64,000 nucleotides of DNA from Selaginella moellendorffii (lineage: Eukaryota; Plantae; Lycopodiophyta): NCBI RefSeq assembly GCF_000143415.4, contig NW_003314298.1, positions 310,001 to 374,000 of the forward strand, in the 5' to 3' direction. Shown here piece after piece: positions 24,617 to 39,532 of the stretch (positions are counted from its first letter, which is position 1; every line of letters begins with the position of its first letter). A program made the translations under genes and the position numbers. The notes below the pieces were generated by a model, which worked only from the letters and a program-made list of their open reading frames with translations, made no database searches and was not told the origin of the DNA.

Positions 24617-24648
<32 letters not shown>
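24617..24648 (+). repeat. (TG)n microsatellite
   Basis: tgtgtg run of about 16 units. Confidence 0.95.
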
Positions 24649-24650
<2 letters not shown>

Positions 24651-24888
24651 AGTGTGAGAGACTGTTTTTCTTTTTTCTCCTTTTTTTTTTGAGTTTGGTA
24701 ATTCACCTGTAAAGAGGCTGAGGAGTTGGTCATTGCTGATGGTACCTGGGAAAGATCACCACCTTTTGTGAGCATGTGCTCTAGATTGGAGCAATTAGAA
24801 AAGTTGCATATAGTTGGCATCTGGCTGGATAAGAGCTCCTCTCAAACCATCAGTAGTAGTATTCATAAATTTTTTTAAGACAAGCAAT

Positions 24889-25677
24889 TTAAGTTCTACA
24901 AATCTTTGGGAAGGCTCGACCAAGATCTTCTTCCACAGCAGCAGCAAGCTCAATCTTCCCACAACCTTGGAGCTCTCGAATGACGAGCCCGTATGTTTTC
25001 TCGTTGAGCTGAAACTTCATCCCCTTTGCTTGCTCGTACAGCTCCATGGCTGCCACCGGATTGCCGTGCTTGAGGTGAGCCACCATCAGTTCCCTGTGGA
25101 GAAAGAAATCCGGCTCCATTCCATCGCGCTTCACTTGCTCGTAAACGTAGACCATGTCGTCCACTCGGTTGTTCTCCCACATCACTCCAAACATCCGGCG
25201 GTAGAGCCGAAAGTCGGGCTTGAACCATTCTTCTCTTCGAATCGCCTCGAAAATCTGTGCGGTGACCCATGAAACACCGAAGAGAATAAAAAAAGAGCGC
25301 GATCACTTTACCTTCAATGCGAGATCACACTCGTTTTGGCGCTCTAGTTCCTTCAAAACTTCCAAAAGATCTCGCTTGAGCAATCGGCACACCTGTGTAG
25401 CGAAAACTCTCCGCAGCTCCTCCTGATCGTTCTTGGCGCCCTTGAGCGCTTGCACGACGGTAATGCCCTCCTTGCTCAGAGGGCTCCCGCTCGTCACCGT
25501 CTCTCGCACAAGTGACTTCCTGCCTCCCCGAGCAATGAGCAAATCCCCCCTTTGGGCGATCTCAATTCCCACAAACGCAGATGACCGGAATCTTACCCCT
25601 ATCGCGGAGCACTGCTCCGGCAGCTTTCCATCTCCTCGCAGCGCCACAGGCGACGAGGGCAATCCAACGCTTCCCAT
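24889..25677 (-). CDS. THYLAKOID ASSEMBLY 8-like short PPR protein, 2 exons
   Basis: LSKEGITVVQALK...RLLKRDLLEVLKELERQNECDLALK|IFEAIRREEWFKPD, followed by PPR-like helices. Confidence 0.85.
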
Positions 25678-25949
25678 GAGCTAGAACCCTAGCGAATGTA
25701 AAATCGCATATCCTTTCAACGGTCTATCATTGACAAACAAGATTGTCAACGGTCAACACTTACTTTTGAGTCAAACACGTTGACCTTTGGAGGCGTCAAC
25801 CCAAGCGAACGAATGGCAGCTAGAAACACTAGAAAAATCTCATTTTTATTAGATGGATAGTAGAGAGCATGCAAGAAGCACCAAAATCCTCATGCAACAT
25901 CGTCAGTTCCTCAAGCTCACCATTCTGGTTGTGGATCTATAGCGATCGA

Positions 25950-27101
25950 TCAGTACTTGTAATCCTTGACGTGCAAGCTCTCCGACGCCCCCTCGGCACT
26001 CTCGGTCTCGCCCGAGTACTTGCCCAGCGTCGCGTCCGAGTTGGCCTTGGCACGAACCAGGAAAACCTTCTGCGCCGCCGCCACATTCTCCTTCTTGCCA
26101 CCCCACGTCTTGAGCGTGCTCTGCTGGAGCGCCCGCCCGAACGAGAAGGACAGCGTCCACGGCTTGAGGATGTCCAGCTTGTTCATCGCGTCCAGATTCT
26201 TGGTCGCCTCCACCTCGCTCTGGCCGCCGGACAAGAACATGATCCCGGGCACCGCCGCCGGGACCGTCCTCCGCAGCGCCAGCACCGTCGCCTCGGCAAT
26301 CTCCTGCGCGCTCGCCTTGGGCGCCTCGGATCCGTGCGTCACCATGTTGGGCTTGAGCAGCGTCCCCTCGAGCAGGACGTGGTGGTCGCTCAGCGCCTTG
26401 TACACCGCGGCCAGCACCACCTCCGTCACCTTGGCGCACGTCTTGAGGTCGTGGGATCCGTCCACCAGGATCTCGGGCTCCACGATGGGGACGAGGCCGT
26501 TCTCCTGGCAGATCATGGCGTAGCGCGCCAGCCCCTGCGCGTTCTCCTGGATCCCCAGCTCCGACGGCTGCGAGGGTCCGATGTTTAGCACCGCCCTCCA
26601 CTTGGCGAACCGGGCACCGGCCTTGTAGTACTCGGCGCAGCGTCCCGCGAGGCCGTCCAGCCCCTGGGTCGTGGTCTCACCATTGGTACCGGCGATGGGC
26701 ACCGTCCCCTTGTCCACCTTGATTCCCGGGAGGACGCCGTTCTCCAGCAGCACGTCCACGAACGGCTTGCCCGCCGCGGTCTTCTGGTAGAGCGTCTCCT
26801 CGAAGAGGATGACGCCGCTCAGGTACTGGAGAGCGCCCGGGGCGGTGAAGAGGAGCTCGCGCAGCGCCTGCCGGTTGGATTCCACATTCTCGACCTTGAT
26901 GCTGGCCAGGCGCTTGCCGATTGTGCCTGTGCTCTCGTCCGCCGCGAGGATGCCCTTGCCCGGGGTCGCAATGTACTTGGCATTCTTGATGAGCTCGTCT
27001 GTGGGGAACCCAAATCGAGAGAGGGAGAGCTCAGATCCACAGACTTAACACTCGCGCTAGCTATGGCGCTTACCTGCGTACTTGCCCGCCACGGCCGCCA
27101 T
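25950..27101 (-). CDS. FBA: Cytosolic class I fructose-bisphosphate aldolase, 2 exons
   Basis: [18 protein letters not shown]; [10 protein letters not shown]; VPIVEPEIL; GTLLKPNMV; FLSGGQSE; SFSFGRALQ; terminal Tyr. Confidence 0.97.
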
Positions 27102-27350
27102 AGCCTCGCGCTCGCCTTTTTGCCGGAGATAGTAAAATCCCTAGGCCTTATCCCCACAAAAAAGACAATGCATGAAAAACCAGGGTGCCAGCGCAGCCCT
27201 AAATAGGGCTTTCTTGGAGTCCACGCTGGCAGAAGCGATTGGTTAGTATTGATTTGCGGCTATTTCAATCTGGCCACCAGTCCATGTGCATGGAATTAAT
27301 TTACGCTTTTACATTGACAGGTAGAAGTGGACGTGTGGTTAAGCGACGTT

Positions 27351-27959
27351 TGAACTGTTTCTTGGCAAAGTTGATAGGGCACCAGCAAAATCCTTCGTCC
27401 TTCGTTTGTTTGTCACGCACCAGATGCCCACTGTCGGCATTTGGAGCAAACATATAATTCGCCACCATTTTGATGGCCTAAACCCTGTTATGAAGTGCTT
27501 TGCTGACTTAAAGATCGTTCTCACTAATTAATTTAAGGAAGCCTATCTTCCAGAAGGCAATGGCCTCGCACCTTCCATCTTAGACACTCGATAAACTGCG
27601 CTTTTAAAAAGGATAGGGTTTGTCGTTTCTTGGCCCATGGATCATGCAATGGCTTTGCTTTCATCATCGACGCCTGAACTGTTTCTTCATAGGTCACCGG
27701 CAAAATCCTTCGTTTGTTTGTCAGCATTTGGAGCAAACATATAATTCGCCACCCATTTTGAACTTGATGATGGCCCAAGGAAGTTCTTTGCTGACTTAAG
27801 CTCGGTTTCACTAATTAATTCGACGAAGTTTATCTTCAAGAAGGCAAGAGCCTCGCACCTTCCACCCGATGAAACTGCACTTTTAAAAAGGATATAGTTC
27901 GTCGTTTCTTGGGCCATGGATCATGCGATGCCGAGAAGAGGCTTTGCTTTCTTCATCGT
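27351..27959. repeat. Diverged two-copy tandem duplication (about 325 and 285 bp), non-coding
   Basis: Units start tgaactgtttctt at 27351 and 27676; shared gcatttggagcaaacatataattcgccac and cttttaaaaaggata. Confidence 0.85.
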
Positions 27960-29060
27960 TCCGCGGGAAAACAAAGTTAAGCCCCATCTTCCAGAAGGGT
28001 TTAGTGGACGGACTTGCAGCCCCCTAGATGCCCAAACAGTGCAACTCTAAGTGCTACAATTCCTAGCGCGCAATTGTTTACCACGGAGCTGTTCGAATCG
28101 GAATTTGCGGCGAGGTCCCCAAAGAACAAAACCATGATCATACCACTGAGCGAAACACGGCATCACTCGGTGAGCACTCCGTGGAGGCCCTCCCGATCCG
28201 TGCCATGAGGAAAAGAGGATCGAAAGAGAGACCCAAGTAACAAAAACGTGCTCGGCACTGCAATTTCACGAGAGCCTTTCGAGCGAGTGGTGGGCACAAA
28301 GCTGATCTTTACGGCGCGCCAAGAGGGGTTTCTAGCGCATCGACGATGCACAGATCCAAAAACCTCGGGTTGCTGTCATCTCGGCAATTGGAGAGCCTGC
28401 GAGAGAGAGAGCGAAACAAATAATTTTGGCTTGACTGCTACAGCGCGCAAAGAAGAGTTGCGAGTCCGGCAGAGGAGACAAAGCTCCAAACAGTGGGGTC
28501 AACACAAGGCGCTAAAAAGCATCCCGATCAACAGATCACGGGCGACCGGACACGTCTGGCCACACACTGTAGAGCGAAGCGACCCGGCTCTGGCGCGCTT
28601 CGCAGAAGAGGATTAGTTTTTGTACGGTTTCCGAGAGGAGCTTCTTGTCTGGATATGTGTTTCGGGCCTGATCATGGTGTGTCTGATTCGATGAGATTGG
28701 GATTCGAATTGGATCCTTTTGACGAGCGCTCCAAACAAAGCCCACAAAAGAGATGGATCCATCCAGCCATGGACAACGCACAATTGTGATCTCGCACTGC
28801 TCGTTGCGCGTCCCGCCACTCGCGGTGGAGGACAAAGCGATAAAAAAAAAAGGAGGGCCAAATCAATCAAGGCGAGGACACGAATCGATCATGTTTGCTA
28901 GCCAAAGACCGAATTCGCGAGCTTTGTTCCGGGTTTCCAGACACTGGAAATCATGGCGCCCAGCAAAATAATTCACACACCCAGAAGAGATTTGGCCGAG
29001 TCAAATGATCCCACAACATGATACACCGGGGCCCCCCATTGTCCGCCAACTTGACGCGGG

Positions 29061-29112
29061 GAATATCCCCTGCAAGCGGGGGAGAATATGCCCCACAGTG
29101 CCACGAATATTC
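29061..29112. promoter_or_regulatory. Cluster of three P1BS (GNATATNC) PHR-binding motifs
   Basis: GAATATCC 29061, GAATATGC 29084, GAATATTC 29105; TATA-like TATTTAAA at 29181. Confidence 0.7.
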
Positions 29113-29687
29113 GCGCCGAGATTCCCCCCTCGCTGGTCGGTGTTTTCCAATAAGGGAGGAAGAGATCTCTCCTCTCCCGGTATTTAAATCCACGCGCTGG
29201 AGCGCTGGGAATTAGGTATCGCTCGCCCTTTGGTCTTCGCTACAGCCCATTCTTTCTTCTTCCCCGTGGAAAGATTTTCTTCTTTCGCTCGCTGGACTTC
29301 TTCTCCCATTTTCTCTACCCGTTTTGACAGATTGGAATCCAGAAGGCTGCAAGGCCGTGTTTTTCCGCGTCTCCACTGCTCCATCCTCACAGCCAACGTG
29401 TGAATCGCGCGGCTTCTCGCGCCCTTCCTCAAGCGCATTCGCCGCCCTTCCTCCCCAATTTCCTCCCTGCCGAGCTCGTCGCGCCACCAGACTCGGTCGC
29501 GATCTAGTTGCTTGCTTGCGCGCCCGCCCGCATCCTTAAAAACCGGCGCTCCTCTTTTCTTCTCTCCACTCGCAGAGAGGAGATTTGGGCCGCCAAGAAG
29601 AGCGCGAGCGAGGTCTATCACACACCGTTAGAGATCGAACGACTTCCAAACGATCGAAGTTTCTTAGATCGGTCGACGTGATTCGCC

Positions 29688-30477
29688 ATGGGTGCCGAGA
29701 ATCGCTACAATGCACAAGGGCAGAGGATGGTGGCTGGATGCATTCCCTACCGGAGGGAAAAGGACAGTGACACGGTTGAGATTCTCATGGTGAGATCGCA
29801 AAATGGTCACAACATCGTCTTCCCCAAGGCAAGTGGATCCCTCTCTCTTCTTGGCGATTTTCCTCCCTGCTAACTCGATCCAATCCCTCGCTTCTACAGG
29901 GAGGATGGGAAGTCGACGAGAGCGTACAAGACGCTGCAATTCGCGAAGCGCAAGAGGAGGCTGGAGTTCATGGCCACGTCCGGGTAAGCGACGACAAGAA
30001 GAGATCGATTGCTGGTGTCTAATTGGGATCGAATTCCTCGCGCAGGATGAGCTGGGCGTTTGGATCTTCCACAAGAGAAGCCACCAGCAATGGGAGACCA
30101 ACCCAGACGGCGCTTGCGAAGTTCACATGTTCCTCCTCGAGGTGACCCAAGAGCTGGATACATGGCCGGAGCAACACCGAGGGAGAGTATGGGTAAGCGC
30201 AATCCAGATCTCTCTTCCTCTCTCTCTCTCTCTGTGTGGAGAAGAGAAGACGAAAAAGACTCCATAGCTTACTTACCACCACCACTCTCTGTTCACCCAG
30301 ATTGACCTCAACGAGATCGAGAAGATAACGCTGGAGCGGTGCCACCACAATTGGATGCGCGAGGCTCTGGGAATTTTCATCCAGAAGCAGACAAGCAGCT
30401 CCCTCATCGCGGAAGCTTCTCCCAACGAGCCGCGCCACACTCTCTCCTTTAACGCGAGTGTCAGGTGTAGACTTTAA
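29688..30477 (+). CDS. Nudix hydrolase of the DIPP-like plant clade (NUDT12/13/16/17/18/21-like), 4 exons; first intron GC-AG
   Basis: RY..QGQRMVAGCIPYR; FPK|GGWEVDESVQDAAIREAQEEAGV Nudix box; MFLLEVTQELDTWPEQ; WMREAL. Confidence 0.92.
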
Positions 30478-30778
30478 CCAGCCGAAGACTTGTACAGTAA
30501 CCACCATGGCCGAAAGAAAGAACCCACCAACATTGACACAAATGGTCCTGTTGCCTGTCTGTCTGTGTGCTCTTCTCGTTCTCTCGTTGCGTTCCAAGAT
30601 CCCAGCGGCAGTCCTGGTAGAATCAAGCAAGTCTCTAAAAGAAAGAATGGAAGAACTTTGTTACCTCGAAGTGGAAGTTGACTTTAGTTCCGATGATTGG
30701 TTTCGTTGATTAGATTGCTGGTTTAGTAGTAGTAGTCGTAGTAAGTTGGCTTTAGAGTGGGTGATACGTTCTCGTCGC

Positions 30779-32719
30779 TCAGCGCAAAGCAGCTCTTATC
30801 TGCTTGAGCCAAGCTCCCATCCCCTTTTTCTGGTCAGTAGCAGCAGCGCTCTCCACCACGCCGGTGCTGCTCACGATGTGGACGAGGGCCTTGTTGATCT
30901 TGTCCTCCACGGAGCTACCATTGTTCTCGTCGCTGGCCACCACCTGGTTACTACCCCTGCGTTGTTGGTGGTGTTGTTGAGGTGAGCCTCCTCCTCCGCC
31001 AAACTTGAGCAAACGACGAGCACCTGACTTGCTTCCTCGAGCCGGCGATTCCATCGTGCCAGCACCAGCAGCGGCGCTGCGGGATTTGGACCGTGACATT
31101 GGTGGCGTCACGTAGCAGCTCTGTGGAGTCTGAGGGGACGCAGGAAGACGAGCACGGGGTGTCTCAAACCTCTCGGGTGTGTCAGCTAGTGGTGGCGGCG
31201 GAAGTTTGTGAGCGCTGTTTGCGGGCCGTGGCTTCAGAGGACTCGGTCCAGTCAAACAGTTCACGCTGGCACTGCTGTTCCTGGGAGGAGTTCCAATCGA
31301 AAAGTTGGTTTCCTCCAGCGGCCTGAGCGAGCGCTTCACTTTCCTCCGCAGGTCTCCGACCGTGTCTGATGTTAGTACTGGAATGGTTATAGTTCCAGCC
31401 ACAACTCCTTTGCAAGTACGCACCATCTTCAGCTTCCTTGCAGCTGGAGTGTAGCTGGGATCGCCGTCTATCACATGAACAAGAGTGGAGTTAGCCGACA
31501 AAAACTTGGATCAAGTCCAGTTTGGTACTTACCCCTGTTCTCCGAGGCTGCGTGAAAAAGCTTTCCAGCCTTGAAAGACGACTTCAAGGGACTTTTGAAA
31601 GGAGCAACCTGTAGAGTAGACTGAGGGCAAACGAAGTATTCTGCCAGCGTTTTCTTGTCCTGCAAAGTGTTGCCTGGAACAACGGAATATAGAAAGCACA
31701 GGCGTGAGGACAACAGCACACAAAGCGAACTAGAAAGCAACCTGAGAAACTGATGCGCTGTTGCCATTGCGGAATCCCCGTACGAGCTTCAACAATGTTC
31801 GTCACATCTTGCACGCGGTCCCGGCCTTGGACGATCAAGCGAAACTCCTCGTGTCCCAGCACATTGACAGTAACGAGCATACGCCTGTGTGCTTGCTCGT
31901 TGTTCGTATCCCCTGAATGGATGACAAAGCTTAGCAGGACGAGAAAAAGGAAGACGAGAGTACAACATACCTGATACAGTCAAGTCCACAATGCTATCCT
32001 CGTAGATTGCATGAACACCATCGAAATCCTTGATGCAAAACTCATCGTGCATGACACAGCCGATGGAGGACAGAAGTTGCCGTGACTTTAGAATGCCCGT
32101 GTGCTTTTCTATGGCATCCTTGAGAGCTGACACGCGCGTATCACCACAGATGCCTTGCAAAGGCAGAATCCCATCCTTGGTCTCCACGAACAAGCGACCA
32201 CCTCTTCCCGAAAGAAGCTGGGGAGCTTTCTGGAATATAGTTATTTTTTCGGCCAAAGTCAGCGAAGAACCAAGTTCCAAAAACCAAGGAAAAGGAGAAA
32301 GACGAACATACCCGGAGCTCAACGATGGATTTGTCGAGAATGTTGTAGTCGTGGAGCTTGGCATCGTCCGGAAGATCGACAGTCTTCCCAGCCTCTCTCC
32401 CAAAGAATGTGAGACTCTCTTCGTCCACAAAGAGCTCACACTCGTCTCTATCAGCCTGGCAAGCGTACCTCTTGTAAACCTCCTCCACTGGCACACTCTC
32501 ACTCAGCCTCGTGAAGAGCGGCGCCACAAGCTGCTGCTGCTCCTCTCCAAAAAAGAGATTGTCCCTCACAAACTCCTTGAGTGTGCTCCTCACGCTGCCA
32601 TTGTAGAGCAGATTGGGCGCCAGGATCAGCTTGGAGCGATCGCCAAGCGGAGCCACAGCGCCAGGGTACACATTAGCAACCGCGAGATGCTCTACTCGAA
32701 TCCCTACTGTGATTGCCAT
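30779..32719 (-). CDS. Protein with 3-4 divergent ubiquitin-like domains and a Ser/Thr-Pro-rich tail
   Basis: DDAKLHDYNILDKSIVEL; DTRVSALKDAIEKHTGILKSRQLL; DRVQDVTNIVEARTGIPQWQQRISFS|GNTLQDKKTLAEY; SDTVGDLRRKV. Confidence 0.7.
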
Positions 32720-33203
32720 CCAAGAGCAGACACATCCGATCACAGAGCCGACAGAGGAGAGATCTGGAAGAACCGAACCCAAGATCTGGAAGAACCCAAC
32801 CCAAGATCGCTCGCCCAGAGGAGAAAAATACGAAGAACCCTAGCCTCTCATGACCGTTGAAGACTGAATATCCCAGGATCTCCCCGGAAAAGAATATCCT
32901 TTAGAATGTACCCGAGCCCCTTGGACCACAGGACAACTATAGTCCATGGGGACCCCGCACGAATTAAAAACGGCCACGTCACGCGGTGTGGGAAGTGGTG
33001 TGACATGGCCAATGGTGATGCAAGCAATCATTCATACATCGGCCAAAGTTTTATTTTTCTCGCCCAAAATTTTATCATACATGCAAGGATGATTTGCGCT
33101 GCATGTGTGTGCATGTGTTTTTAAGGATCTTTGTGTGGAAATCTGTGTTGGAATGTCTTGACCTCCCTCCTCCATCCTTTTTCCCCCATTTCCCTGCGCG
33201 GCA

Positions 33204-35464
<2,261 letters not shown>

Positions 35465-35998
35465 GTGAAAGGAAGAGTTACCCGAGTTGTAGAGTAGGCT
35501 GTAGCAGATGAATCTGCTGCATTTTTGCAAGAGTAACTCCTGCTGTCAGGAATGTCACGGTCTGTTTGAGTGAGAATCCGATTCTCTGAACCAAGAATCA
35601 CGTTGATTTTGTGTGCGGCACAAGACACGAGCTCTTCAACTCAAAAGCTTTTTTTATTGCTTAATTTCAATGTCCACTACATTCTTCCGAGAACATGCTG
35701 CCACAAGAAAACGTGTCATATGCCAGCAAACTAGAGGGGTTTTGGGACATGCATACCGTCGTGTTCCGCCCGGAGGAAAAGAGAACTCCGCTTTTGCTTC
35801 CAAACGCTCAGTCAAATACCTGCAGAAGTTCATTCATCGATAACATGTCAAACGGAGACAAGTAAACAACACCTCTTCTAGTGTGCCGATCAGCCTTTTC
35901 TGCTTCGGAAAACGGGCCATCTGAAATACAAAATACATTCTTCTCACGTACCTTGTCAGACGCCGACGAACAAACCCGCGACGACAAAGTCGTTTAAA

Positions 35999-38900
35999 TC
36001 AGTTGTCATACTCGTCATACTCGTCACAGCTATCATCGAGAGTCCCGGTCCAGCGATCAGTTTCCCGGTGGCGCGGGTTTTCCTGCCTCTTGTAAACTAA
36101 ATCGTCCGCTTGACCAGATGGAGACTCGTCATACGAATAGTCTCGCTCGTCCCCAGGATTATCAGTCTCATAGTCACGGTCCATCTCAAACAACTGTAAA
36201 AGCAACAGGGTCGCATAAGAAATCTATAACACAGTAACACAATTACCTCGTCATTGTATCTTCGTCTCTTCCGCTTGTACGTGTAGCCATCATCTTCCCA
36301 TCTGTCGTCCTCACATTCTACATCTTCGACGTACACAACTTCTTCACATTCTCCTTCTTCCATTTCCCAACCGTCAGCTCCATCGTCATTATAATCCCTT
36401 CTCCTATACCTCGAGTCGGAGTACCTCTGCGACCGTCTTTCAGAGAGGTCACTCACCTCGTCTTCCTCCACCCCTAACACATCGTCATATCTCCTCCGTT
36501 TTCTCTTACGATCATCTCTGCATTCATGCCCAGTAAAGTCTGCATCTTCCATTTGCCAGCGTTCGTCCACTTCCTGATAATAATCATCGCAATCCCTTGC
36601 ATCTTCATCTTCAGACTTTAGTCTCCGCCGTTCCCTCCTGTCCTTGTGTCTTCGCTTTCTTTCTTCTTTTCTCTCTCTCCTGTTGTCGTCTTCTAATTCT
36701 TCTGAAGCGTACGCCGTCTGTGTGTCACGGACGGTACTATTATGATACCCGCCAGCTCCTTCTTCGTTGTCCTTCTGATCTGGTTTGCTAAGATTTTCCC
36801 TCTTCCTCCTTGCATGAGCATCATCCATGCGAAGATGGAGCTTCCATCTAGCAGAGACCTTCTCAAGGACTTTCATCCTCAAGTCATCCTTGGCACCGCT
36901 ATCCTGTTGCTTGAACTTTGGTCTATCCTCCGACTTCGAAAGCGAAGGTGCTCTCGTAAGTTGCCGTGGCTGGCCAATCCTCTCATTTGAATCCCTTGCC
37001 GGTTGCTCTTCTTCATCATCTTGCTCAAATTCCATGTCCGCAGCTCTCAAAGATACTTGTCGTCTCTCTACAGTCACTTCCGATCTCCTCTCTACTCTGT
37101 CGGCTGTCCTTTCCGATATCAGCTGGCTTCTTCTCTCTGCATTTAGCCGTATGGTCCTCCTTGCAGGCTCCATTGTTGAAACCAACTTCTTTTCTTGAGG
37201 TGATTTTGTTTCATTTACCAGTTGAGTAACTCTTCTAACCAGAGAAATTGGTCGTTTCTCCACTTGTTCACCAAGCCTTCTCTGTGGTTTCTCCCTCGCC
37301 AGTTCACTGGGCCTCCTCTCCGCCACCAGTTCACTAGGCTTTCTCTGTGCTTTCTCCGTCACCAGTTCACTGGGCCTTCTTTCAGCTTTCTCCGTCACCA
37401 GTTCACTGGATCTTCTTTCTGCTTTCTCTGTGACCAGTTCACTAAGCCTTCTCGGTGGTTTCTCCGTCATCAGTTCACTGACCCTTCTTGGTGGCTTCTC
37501 TGTCATCAGGTCACTGAGCCTTCTCGGTGGTTTCTCTGTCCCAACATCACTGAGCCTTCTCTGAGGTTTCTCTGCCACCATTTCACCAAGCCTTCTCTGC
37601 GGAGCTGAAGCAGAAGCTCTTTCGAACCTCGGTGGTGACCTCCTAACTGGTGTCTCCTCTTCTTCGCTTAGACGCTTGGACAGTGTACGAAACCCGTTTT
37701 CAACGGAACCTTGAACCCCACCAGGCGACGATCGGGAACTAAACGTTGATCGTCCACTATGAACACAGAAAATAATATGATGAGCATTAATAACAACTGC
37801 ATACCTGGTAGACGTAGAAATGATCCCGCCTGAATAAATCCCACCGAGATTTGTCCGAGGACCGGGGGGCGTGCGACCACCTAGCCTTCCGCTCAAAGGT
37901 GAAGAGCAAAGCATTGTTTGTTCCGCGGATTGACTTTCTCGGTGAAATCCTTTCCGTCTAGGCAAATCGTCATTTCTTTGTTTGCGCCTGAATTCCCCGT
38001 GACTGTTTTCGTATCTTCCCTCGTCGATCTAAAAAAGGGAAAACGAGTTGGACCAGATAATTTTTACACAGTCAAACCTGTATTCCTTCGGAATCACGAA
38101 GCCTTTGCCGTCGTAATTCGGAAGATCGCCGTTCGTTTTCACCTTCTTCTACCTGGATTGCTCTACCAGACTGAAACAAGGCTGGTTATAAAAAGCAAAC
38201 GACTCCGTAAATCCTACGCACATGATTTCTCATTCCCCGTTGTCCTTGAGCACGTCCTCTTTGAGGCTCCGGCGTATCATTGTATCTCGCATTATCATAG
38301 TTCCAGCCCTGAGATGAACGAAAAATTTATCAACTATTGATATGCTCAAAGAGAATTCATACCTGCTGCGAATGGCCGTTATCAAGACCACGCATCTTGC
38401 TCTTTTTAGATGCCTCGGCTTTGGCCCTGGCCTGAAATGGTTATCCAAGTTATATAAACTGGACACACATCCATAAACAACTCGCATTACTTACAAACTC
38501 CTCACAGTACTGCTTCCAGGTGTCTTCAGTGAAACCAAAGTTGAAGTAGTCCGTTATGTCTGTCCCTTCGTACTCCCAGGGTTTCTCTTCAAACTGATCG
38601 ATGTCAATATCAAAGACCGTCCTGTAAGCACCACCCTGAAACTTACAAGAATCGCATGAAAAACCCGAGCTTACTTTGATGGTGGAAGAACAAACTCGTA
38701 TGCAGGCTGGAAAGTGTGGAAGTCCCACATCCCCAAGCCGTAGCCGGCAAACGGGATGGGCGCAATCGCCGTCGCTCCCGGTGTTTGAGGGTCAGGCACC
38801 CCAGGAGACGTGGTAGCGGGTCCCGATCCTGGTCTCACGTACTACAAATCAAAGCACACGTCAGTACGACTTGGGGAAGCGTACAAGAGAACGAGAAAGA

Positions 38901-39532
38901 AAGAATGGAAGAAGGAAAAAGTTTACCTTGAATTGGGAATGACGGAAACGCATTTCCGCTGCCCAGTCCACCTCTTCGTAATGCTCCTCGCCCCCGACCG
39001 CGAAGACTTCCTCGGGTTCGGCATCTTCGACCCCCTCGACTCCATGAGGGTAGAAGATATCTTCGTCGTTCACAATGAGCTGTAGATCATCCTCGCTATC
39101 ACTGTCATCGGACACTGGATCTCCATCGTCCTGGGGCTGCGGCTCCTGCCCATCCACAACCTTGAGCTGCTCGTCCAACCCCTCAGAAGTAGTAGCTGGT
39201 CCCAAGTTCTCGGCTTGAGGAGGTCCAAAGTCCTCGGCTTGAGGAGCTACCTCGTCACTCTCCAGCGATGTTTCACTGTCAATGACCTTGACCTTTGAAG
39301 CGTCGCTGCCCGGCTCCAAGTTCTCCGCTTGAGGAGTTCTCCCACTCACCACGTCAATGACTCTGATCTCCGAGGCTTTGCCGCTGGTCTCGCAGTCCTT
39401 GACAGCCTCCTGGACGCCGGAATACATCACCTCCGTGACCACAAACGAGCGATCGAGAGCCCGGTCCTCAATGCACACAACCCTCTTGATGCTTTCTTCC
39501 AGCGACGCCGCACTCGGTTCTAAATCCTCCAT
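35999..39532 (-). CDS. FIP1-motif protein (pre-mRNA 3'-processing factor-like), multi-exon, largely low complexity
   Basis: DSDSEDDLQLIVND; TVFDIDIDQFEEKPWEYEGTDITDYFNFGFTEDTWKQYC Fip1 motif; R/D/E-rich C-terminus. Confidence 0.85.
37255..37600 (-). repeat. Coding minisatellite, about 10 x 36 bp (RRxSELVTEKP/A)
   Basis: Repeated cagttcactgggccttct / ttctccgtcacc units; 12-aa periodicity. Confidence 0.92.

Noticed and set aside
25869-26601. Long antisense and alternate-frame ORFs over aldolase (similar ones over HSF, H1 and thaumatin)
   Set aside because: Shadow ORFs of GC-rich coding sequence
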